Part shown: positions 44,468 to 50,440 of the stretch, one piece after another | Layout of the letters: the number at the start of each line of letters is the position of its first letter | How positions within the stretch are numbered: the first letter of the stretch is position 1 | Program-made: the position numbers and the translations under genes | Origin: Patescibacteria group bacterium | Lineage (GTDB): Bacteria > Patescibacteriota > Minisyncoccia > Phycocordibacterales > UBA9973 | Assembly: GCA_040384805.1 (NCBI GenBank) | Contig: JAZKIP010000010.1 | Coordinates: forward strand, 29,545 to 79,984 | DNA length: 50,440 nucleotides | Direction: 5' to 3' | The notes under the pieces: model-generated | Databases searched by the model: none | The model's input: only the letters and a program-made list of their open reading frames with translations | What the model was told of the DNA's origin: nothing

Positions 44468-44824
44468 ATGAAAAAGATAAACAAATTTACAAAACTAACA
44501 ATTATATTCACCATCCTATATGTAATATACCTTCTCCTAATAAACACATTCGGCATATCCCTAGCAGGACTATTAATAGATTTGGTTATATATTTAAGTC
44601 ATACTTACTCGCTACATTCTATTCTTGATCCTATCTATCCGTATTTTTCTAAAGTTATTTTTGCCATCTTCCCCGGACTAACAATTTCAGCGGTCATATC
44701 GGGTATCATAGCTGTCATACAAACTTTTAAAACAAAGGAGAGGGATAGATTTTTCATAGTAATGCTTACCTTAGCCCATGTTGGTGTATTTTTAATTTAT
44801 CTAACAAGTTTCTATTTTAGATGA
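44468..44824 (+). CDS. 4-TM membrane protein, hypothetical
   Basis: 118 aa, hydrophobic throughout. Confidence 0.5.
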   Translation: MKKINKFTKLTIIFTILYVIYLLLINTFGISLAGLLIDLVIYLSHTYSLHSILDPIYPYFSKVIFAIFPGLTISAVISGIIAVIQTFKTKERDRFFIVMLTLAHVGVFLIYLTSFYFR

Positions 44825-44939
44825 TAAAAATAGGGATATTTAAAGTAATCATCTAAAAGAATAGATTTTAGATCTTATTTAGATTTTGTTTATTTTTTAT
44901 GTAGTATAATTATTACTTATTATCATCAAGTAAAAACAT

Positions 44940-45461
44940 ATGAAATTAACAGCTATTGAAAGAGCAACTCTCATAATGCTCCACAAAATACTCAAAAATC
45001 TAGAACCAGAAAATAAGAAAGAACACACAAATGCAATTGAAATCCTTGAAGATGGATATTATGAAATGTGGGAGAATGAATGTCTTGGACATCTAAGTCA
45101 GCCATTGGAGAAAGAAAAAATGAATTATGTTCATGATATTCTAGGTATGTATTGGCGACTGCAGGATTCATATAAAGACTTAAGTGATGGAGACAAAAAG
45201 AAAGTAGGAACTGAAGATACAGTCATCTTCGAAGGATTTGATGGAAATAATGAAACAGAATTATTGTCATATGCACGATTTCTTATGGAGAGATTTGATA
45301 AATGGAGTGGTGTAAAAGCCACACATGATCTTAATACTCATGCTCCAACTGGTAGAAGATATAGTGCTATGCTCGAAGCAATGCCAAGCTCAGAACTAAG
45401 ACACCTTTCTGCGGAACAGATCAATACAGTTCTTAAAGCACAATTTATAAACATTATTTAA
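44940..45461 (+). CDS. YfbU-family (UPF0304) protein
   Basis: 173 aa. ...ERATLIMLHKIL..LEP, ILEDGY, FEGFDGNNETELLSYARFLM and LSAEQINTVLKA line up with the E. coli YfbU pattern as I remember it ([20 protein letters not shown]...LSANEINQIINA). Confidence 0.65.
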   Translation: MKLTAIERATLIMLHKILKNLEPENKKEHTNAIEILEDGYYEMWENECLGHLSQPLEKEKMNYVHDILGMYWRLQDSYKDLSDGDKKKVGTEDTVIFEGFDGNNETELLSYARFLMERFDKWSGVKATHDLNTHAPTGRRYSAMLEAMPSSELRHLSAEQINTVLKAQFINII

Positions 45462-45466
45462 TAAAA

Positions 45467-46006
45467 ATGAAAATAAGTATATCAAAATTAGATGCTGCAA
45501 AAAGGCAATTAGAAATGGCCCTGAACCTCTTTTTTAGAAATGCAGATCCTGTTTCTATTCATACGTTGGTCGGAGCGGCACACCAAGTTTTACAGGATAT
45601 CTGTGAAGAACAAGGTACGCAAAGTATAAAACAGAAATTACTGGATATGGTTAAACCAGAAAAGAAAACAGAGTTTATAAAAAAATTAAATGCGCCACGC
45701 AATTTTTTTAAACATGCTGAGAATGATCCAAACAGTGTCATAGAATTCAATCCTGAAATGACTGACCTTATTTTGTGGGATACATGTTTAATGTATACAA
45801 CATTAACACAAGAGAATCCGGCAATAATACAGGTATTTAACGCTTGGAACTATGCTAATTCTCCAGAAATATTGATCTTGCCTGATCAAGTAAGAGAGAA
45901 GTTAGATCTAGCAATTACTGGGTTAAAGCTAAATCCACAAAATCGAATAGGTTTTTTAGAATTAGTCCCTTTAATTGAGAATAATTTATATGGACAAACT
46001 ACATGA
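45467..46006 (+). CDS. hypothetical helical protein with an RNxxxH (HEPN-like) motif
   Basis: 179 aa. APRNFFKHAEND (nt about 45698-45715) fits the HEPN Rx4-6H / Abi-type RNxxxH motif. It starts 5 nt after the YfbU-like gene. Confidence 0.5.
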   Translation: MKISISKLDAAKRQLEMALNLFFRNADPVSIHTLVGAAHQVLQDICEEQGTQSIKQKLLDMVKPEKKTEFIKKLNAPRNFFKHAENDPNSVIEFNPEMTDLILWDTCLMYTTLTQENPAIIQVFNAWNYANSPEILILPDQVREKLDLAITGLKLNPQNRIGFLELVPLIENNLYGQTT

Positions 46007-46688
46007 TAATATTCAATTTTATATTGATGAATCCTATAATGCTAACTTTTTAGGAGTAGCTATTGTTGTCATTCTTGGTGAAACTAATATCAAAATTACA
46101 CAAGGTATTCTTTCTTCGCTAAGTAACGATCCAGTATTCAAGCATCGCAATAATGGCTCCGGCAAGATCCATTCCACTGAGAATAATCTTGGTCCCAAGA
46201 TAAATGTTGTAGATAAAATTTACCAAATGCCAATATCAACTTACTTATCTTACAAAAAGCAAGATACTTCCTCGCTAACAAAGCAAGAAATGGATGAGAT
46301 CGCATATGGAGAATTGCTACCTGAACTTTTAAAAAGAATAGCTACAAAATATATAAAGAACTTCAAAGACCGATCTATAATTATTACCCTAGAATTTGAA
46401 CAATTAAGTGATAAAAAGGAAAAAGATAGGTTGTTTTTTGCTGAATGTATTAAGGATTTAATATTTAATTTTGAAATCCAAGTATTAAGTAAAAAGAACA
46501 TTTTTACTAGCCTTCCAGATTACTTCTTGACGTTTTTGCGGAATTTACTAGAAGAACCACATACCAATTGGTCTAAGAATGAGTTAGAGTTGGTTGAAAG
46601 CAAGATAGGGCTTATACTTGATGCAAGTAATCTCCAAAGGAAGTATTACAGTAGAGGAGATGAAATAAGGAACTTTATAAAAGCATAG
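45990..46688 (+). CDS. DUF3800-like protein
   Basis: 232 aa from the ATG at 45990. The N-terminal FYIDES motif and the later SLPDYFL resemble DUF3800 (YxDESG ... QxAD). It overlaps the previous gene by 17 nt. Confidence 0.5.
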   Translation: MDKLHDNIQFYIDESYNANFLGVAIVVILGETNIKITQGILSSLSNDPVFKHRNNGSGKIHSTENNLGPKINVVDKIYQMPISTYLSYKKQDTSSLTKQEMDEIAYGELLPELLKRIATKYIKNFKDRSIIITLEFEQLSDKKEKDRLFFAECIKDLIFNFEIQVLSKKNIFTSLPDYFLTFLRNLLEEPHTNWSKNELELVESKIGLILDASNLQRKYYSRGDEIRNFIKA

Positions 46689-46695
46689 TAATTAG

Positions 46696-46775
46696 TGAGG
46701 CCTCTAGCTATTAGTTTAGGGCATGAGTTCGTGTCCGGTATAGTATATTTACTGTTTTCCTAGCTAGAGGCCTCA
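46696..46775 (+). ncRNA. perfect 15-bp inverted repeat enclosing 50 nt, immediately upstream of the RT (candidate compact msr/msd-like RNA)
   Basis: TGAGGCCTCTAGCTA (46696-46710) and TAGCTAGAGGCCTCA (46761-46775). The loop contains the small hairpins GGGCA/TGTCC and AGTA/TACT. It lies 10 nt before the RT ATG. Confidence 0.45.
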
Positions 46776-46784
46776 TTGCTTATT

Positions 46785-47768
46785 ATGAAAATACCATCTG
46801 ACGAGATAAAAAATATTAAAACCCTAGAGAATTTTTGTAGGTTTTTCGCTATTTCCGAAGAACAGCTTGTTCACTTTAGAAAACATAAAAATGAGTTATT
46901 TAAAGTTGCAAAAATAGGCAAAAGAAGTGGTGGGCATAGGATTATTTATCCGATAGGGGATGACGGCTATAGGAATTTCTTAAAAGCCACTGCAGAAATA
47001 CTCGATGATCATTATATGCATAATTCAAGTTCTCCGCCTCAGAGCGTACACGGTTTTCTTAGAAATAGATCAATTATTACAAATGCTCAATGTCATGTAA
47101 AGAAAAAGATACTTTTGAATTTGGATATTAAGGATTTCTTCGAGTCAATTACAAAAGATAAAATAAACGAAATATTTATAGACCTAGGCTTTAGTAAAAA
47201 CCATAGTTCAATCCTTACAGAATTTGTAACAGTTAATGATGTCTTAGCTACAGGATTTCCTTCTAGTGCCGTATTGGCTAATATAGTCTGCAAACAAATG
47301 GATTATGGTTTTGAAATACTTTGTAAAAAATATGAAGCTACATATACACGTTATGCTGACGATATATCAATATCTAGTAATATATCTATTCCCGAGAAAG
47401 AAGTTATCGTTAAGCTTCTCTGTGGTTACGGATTTGAAATAAACGATAGGAAATATAAAATATCTCCCCGTGGTGGAAATCAGTATGTTACAGGGCTAAC
47501 TGTCTGCGACGAAAGACCGAGATTATCAAGAAAGCTAAAACGATCAATACGCCTAGAACTTTACTATATTAAAAAATATGGCTCTACAGATCACTTTCTC
47601 CATAACTTAAATAGATCTATATATAGTAAATTTACTGGTATGTTATTTACATACAGCATGGGTGGATATATATCTTTTATCCACTCTATAGAACCTGAAT
47701 TGGCTAAAAAGATTAGGAAAGTTTTAAGTTATACTAAGATTAAGGCTAATTTCTTTTTAGAAGAGTAA
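46785..47768 (+). CDS. retron-type reverse transcriptase
   Basis: 327 aa. RIIYPI, SVHGFLRNRSIITNAQCH (NAxxH), LLNLDIKDFFESI, LATGFPSSAVLANI, YTRYADDISIS (YADD at 47352-47363) and QYVTGLTV (VTG). It aligns motif by motif with Ec86 RT as I remember it. Confidence 0.85.
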   Translation: MKIPSDEIKNIKTLENFCRFFAISEEQLVHFRKHKNELFKVAKIGKRSGGHRIIYPIGDDGYRNFLKATAEILDDHYMHNSSSPPQSVHGFLRNRSIITNAQCHVKKKILLNLDIKDFFESITKDKINEIFIDLGFSKNHSSILTEFVTVNDVLATGFPSSAVLANIVCKQMDYGFEILCKKYEATYTRYADDISISSNISIPEKEVIVKLLCGYGFEINDRKYKISPRGGNQYVTGLTVCDERPRLSRKLKRSIRLELYYIKKYGSTDHFLHNLNRSIYSKFTGMLFTYSMGGYISFIHSIEPELAKKIRKVLSYTKIKANFFLEE

Positions 47769-47780
47769 ATTATATAAGGT

Positions 47781-48794
47781 ATGAAAGAAAATTTAATTAA
47801 AAATGAAATAAGCATTGAATTACATTATAATTTTGTTGATAATAGCACTCATTCAATAGATTTTCATACTAGAAATATATGTTCTTTGGTTCAAGTAGAG
47901 ATCATTTCATACATAATAAAAACACTAGATCCTAATGTAGAATTTGAAATATTATCATTACCTCCACAAGATGGTTCTTTTAAAGATTTAAACGTTGTTA
48001 AGTTTTTAAATAGGAACACAGGCCTTATTACTGCAGTTACGCTTATATTTACGGGACTACTATTTAATTCTCAAAGAGAAGCTAATAGTACCACTGCAGA
48101 TTTTAATACATTACAGATAGTAGAAAAATGTAAAGGTTTAGGCTTAGATGAGGAAAAAATTCAAAAAGTAGAAGATATATGCAGTTCCTATTACACAAAA
48201 AAACAAAAGAATGCTTTTTATCAATCAGTAATATCAAATAAAGATGTAACTAGTATAGAACCTACAGTAATTGAAAATAGTAAAGATACTTTCAACAAAG
48301 AAATTGAAAAAAAGAATTTTAGAGATTATATAGAAGAAATACCGAAGGAAAAAGAATTTCTAAAAACTAATCTGTCGGGTAATATACAACTATCTCAACC
48401 CTTTATTGATAAACAACAGCAGTATGGAAGAGGTGTAGCGTGGAAAGGTGTATATTACGGAAGCGATGTCTTTGATGATAACGATGAGTTGATTATAGAA
48501 GACGGAGAAAACATCTATTTTTACATGCAGGATGATGATTATAAAAACCAGATATTAAATCAAGAGATTTCATTTACTAGTGGAGATAACATTGGTGTAA
48601 CTTTCGATATAAGCCGATACTATGATTATATTAACGGTAAATTTGGTAAACCAAGATTGTACATAAAAAGAGTTATATCTCATAATGACAATCTAGTACA
48701 GCATAAACAAGAGCTGGCATTAAAAAAGGAGAAGAAGAAATTTGACGAAAAAAATAAAAATCAAGGCCTGTTATTCCATAATAGCCAAAACTAA
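47781..48794 (+). CDS. hypothetical protein with one central TM segment (candidate RT-associated effector)
   Basis: 337 aa. The TM segment is GLITAVTLIFTGLLF. I recognise no motif. It starts 12 nt after the RT. Confidence 0.6.
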   Translation: MKENLIKNEISIELHYNFVDNSTHSIDFHTRNICSLVQVEIISYIIKTLDPNVEFEILSLPPQDGSFKDLNVVKFLNRNTGLITAVTLIFTGLLFNSQREANSTTADFNTLQIVEKCKGLGLDEEKIQKVEDICSSYYTKKQKNAFYQSVISNKDVTSIEPTVIENSKDTFNKEIEKKNFRDYIEEIPKEKEFLKTNLSGNIQLSQPFIDKQQQYGRGVAWKGVYYGSDVFDDNDELIIEDGENIYFYMQDDDYKNQILNQEISFTSGDNIGVTFDISRYYDYINGKFGKPRLYIKRVISHNDNLVQHKQELALKKEKKKFDEKNKNQGLLFHNSQN

Positions 48795-48813
48795 GATAAT
48801 AAAAGAAAAATAT

Positions 48814-49509
48814 ATGAATCATTATACCCTTGACGATCTTAAAAAAATATTTCCCTCAAAGACTGATCAGGAGCTAGTAGATGCTCTATCAAAGGGCGTG
48901 TTGAAGTTATCTCAACCAGAAATTGAAACCGTATCCTTTATATTTTTTCTTTCACATATTGCGGAGCGTGATATGGATCATGTTTTGACTAGTCCATGGA
49001 AAGTTTTAGCTCAAATTGGTACGCCAGAGCAAATTAAAATTGCAAAAGGTATTTTAAATGCCCACATGACTAAGAATAAGTTTACAGAGCCTCCACTCGA
49101 GGAGGTTTTGAAGGAAATTCCGTCTGGACAGGCTGAAAAGATTCGTGCAGTTGTCGAGAATCGTTATCGGGATAAGTCTTCATTAAATATAGATAAGTTA
49201 GAGACTTTTGGAGACAAGATTTTGGCTTATGAAGCGATTAAATCTAAAAATAATGTATCGCGAATTCTTTGGCAACTTAAACAACTTCGGGATGATATAA
49301 GTCATGGAAGGATAAAAGAGCTAACTTATGAAAAACAATCTTTAATGAAACGCGAGGTGAAAGAAAAATTATTCTTTGACTATATGAGTGCAGTTAGTGA
49401 ACCAGAACACGAAAAATCAGGCTTAGAAGAAGCCTTAGGGGCGACATGGAGTGAAGAGGAAGATCAAACTATTAATGGGAAAGCAAAAGATTTACTAAGA
49501 AGGATTTAA
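48814..49509 (+). CDS. hypothetical protein with an Rx4H (HEPN-like) motif
   Basis: 231 aa from the ATG at 48814. LWQLKQLRDDISHGRI (nt 49288-49305). Confidence 0.55.
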   Translation: MNHYTLDDLKKIFPSKTDQELVDALSKGVLKLSQPEIETVSFIFFLSHIAERDMDHVLTSPWKVLAQIGTPEQIKIAKGILNAHMTKNKFTEPPLEEVLKEIPSGQAEKIRAVVENRYRDKSSLNIDKLETFGDKILAYEAIKSKNNVSRILWQLKQLRDDISHGRIKELTYEKQSLMKREVKEKLFFDYMSAVSEPEHEKSGLEEALGATWSEEEDQTINGKAKDLLRRI

Positions 49510-49648
49510 TTAAAGCCGTTCGAAGCCAACATTGACAAAAACTAAATATTGTTATAACGTAATTTTAATTATCGCTATTTGAAATAGATTTTGTGATGGA
49601 TAGAGGAAATCTATCTAGTTTTTTCTATTCACCACAAAATCAAATAAG

Positions 49649-50077
49649 ATGAGAAATATACATTACATTTCTGTTGATAAAAAAACTGGGAAGGTCGATT
49701 TAATGGGACATGACAGATCCCCACTTTCTTATATAGAGACTGCTCAAAGTTATGAGGGATTTTCGATTGGAGACTATAACGAACTACTCTACTTTTTAGC
49801 AGGACTGCTTTTTACGCAAAAAGAATGGGTGGTAATCATCGACAATAAAGACCGTTCTTCCATAGAAAGTAAATCTGCTTTTATGTTACGGGAATTTCTT
49901 TCTCAGCTATCAGATTCAGTAAGACGAGAATTCTTTAATGAAATTAAAGCCAATAATTTGGATGAAAGAGATGCTTCCAGCTGGTTGTATGAGCATCCAG
50001 AAATCAAATTGCCCGATATTAAGAATAAAATAATAACAGGTAAAAAGTTTTTGGAAGACTTGATTGCCAGCAAATAA
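49649..50077 (+). CDS. hypothetical protein
   Basis: 142-aa ORF followed by a terminator hairpin. Confidence 0.5.
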   Translation: MRNIHYISVDKKTGKVDLMGHDRSPLSYIETAQSYEGFSIGDYNELLYFLAGLLFTQKEWVVIIDNKDRSSIESKSAFMLREFLSQLSDSVRREFFNEIKANNLDERDASSWLYEHPEIKLPDIKNKIITGKKFLEDLIASK

Positions 50078-50100
50078 AATTTTTGTTTTAGGATTCTAAG

Positions 50101-50133
50101 AAAAGGAGTTAGATTTTTATCTGAACTCCTTTT
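50101..50133 (+). terminator. intrinsic terminator at the end of the defence-like gene train
   Basis: AAAAGGAGTT...AACTCCTTTT is a 10-bp stem with an inner AGAT/ATCT. ATTTTG follows. Confidence 0.55.
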
Positions 50134-50385
50134 TATTTTGCTATCAGAATAGCTATCTGGATATCAATACACGCTCGGAGCTAGTTTTTAAATTGATAAT
50201 TATCTTTAAATTTGTTAAACTTAAAATAGTCATTTATTAGTTAAAAACATTCTTTGTGGCAACCTCTTTTTGAGGTTTTATATTGAAAGTTTTTAGGATA
50301 GAAACAGGCTCAGGATAAATAGGCGATAAAAGAAGCAGATTTCTAAAATATCATTGTAAAATACATTCTTATCGTGTTCGAGGCC

Positions 50386-50440
50386 CTCAGTTGGTAGAGC
50401 GCTCCCCTGAAGAGGGATAGGTCACCAGTTCGACTCTGGT
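50386..50440 (+). repeat. direct repeat: partial tRNA-Phe (D-arm to T-arm; continues past the window end), attR-like
   Basis: It is identical to 38067-38121. The 5' acceptor strand and the first D-stem base are missing (GGCC instead of GATAG), so it is not a complete tRNA as far as can be seen. Confidence 0.75.

Larger units (their letters stand above)
38130..50440. mobile_element. tRNA-Phe-associated integrated element (at least 12.3 kb; the right boundary repeat runs off the window)
   Basis: An intact tRNA-Phe is followed immediately by a tyrosine integrase. An identical copy of at least 55 nt of tRNA positions 38067-38121 lies at 50386-50440. The interior is AT-rich and has its own prim-pol/helicase. 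Confidence 0.75.

Overview
This window looks like a small, tightly packed bacterial genome, probably Patescibacteria/CPR (inference from gene content and style). The moderately AT-rich core backbone carries murB', ddl, alr, rpmG, miaA, ychF, tsaC-like, leuS, murJ, an ABC exporter, lepA, an ftsB-like gene and tRNAs Leu/Trp/Gly/Arg/Phe. Two visibly more AT-rich integrated elements interrupt it.

**Element 1 (about 6471-19607).** It sits inside the first codons of ychF. It ends with an excisionase-like HTH gene and a large serine recombinase whose 3' end overlaps a replacement ychF start. Its cargo is a three-gene operon: a 1611-aa Mrr-like-nuclease/P-loop NTPase giant, a multi-CxxC zinc-ribbon protein and a second PD-(D/E)xK nuclease. 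I regard this operon as the best candidate for an undescribed defence system. The element also carries a primase/RecA-like helicase replicase.

**Element 2 (about 38130 to the window end).** It is flanked by an intact tRNA-Phe and a copy of at least 55 nt of the tRNA's 3' part. It starts with a tyrosine integrase and a prim-pol/helicase. It ends in a same-strand gene train: a YfbU-family protein, an RNxxxH (HEPN-like) protein, a DUF3800-like protein, a 15-bp inverted repeat, a retron-type reverse transcriptase, a one-TM protein and a second Rx4H (HEPN-like) protein.

**Other signals.**
- GC-rich, heavily structured trailers follow tRNA-Trp and tRNA-Gly, with sense and antisense copies of the tRNA 3' ends and a shared motif. 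A weaker, motif-only relative follows tRNA-Leu.
- A structured RNA leader with covarying stems is conserved between the two mobile elements.
- A roughly 150-aa NUDIX domain is inserted in LeuRS.
- A possible Phe/Tyr-rich leader-peptide attenuator lies upstream of 21671.

All domain calls come from reading motifs by eye. No searches were run.
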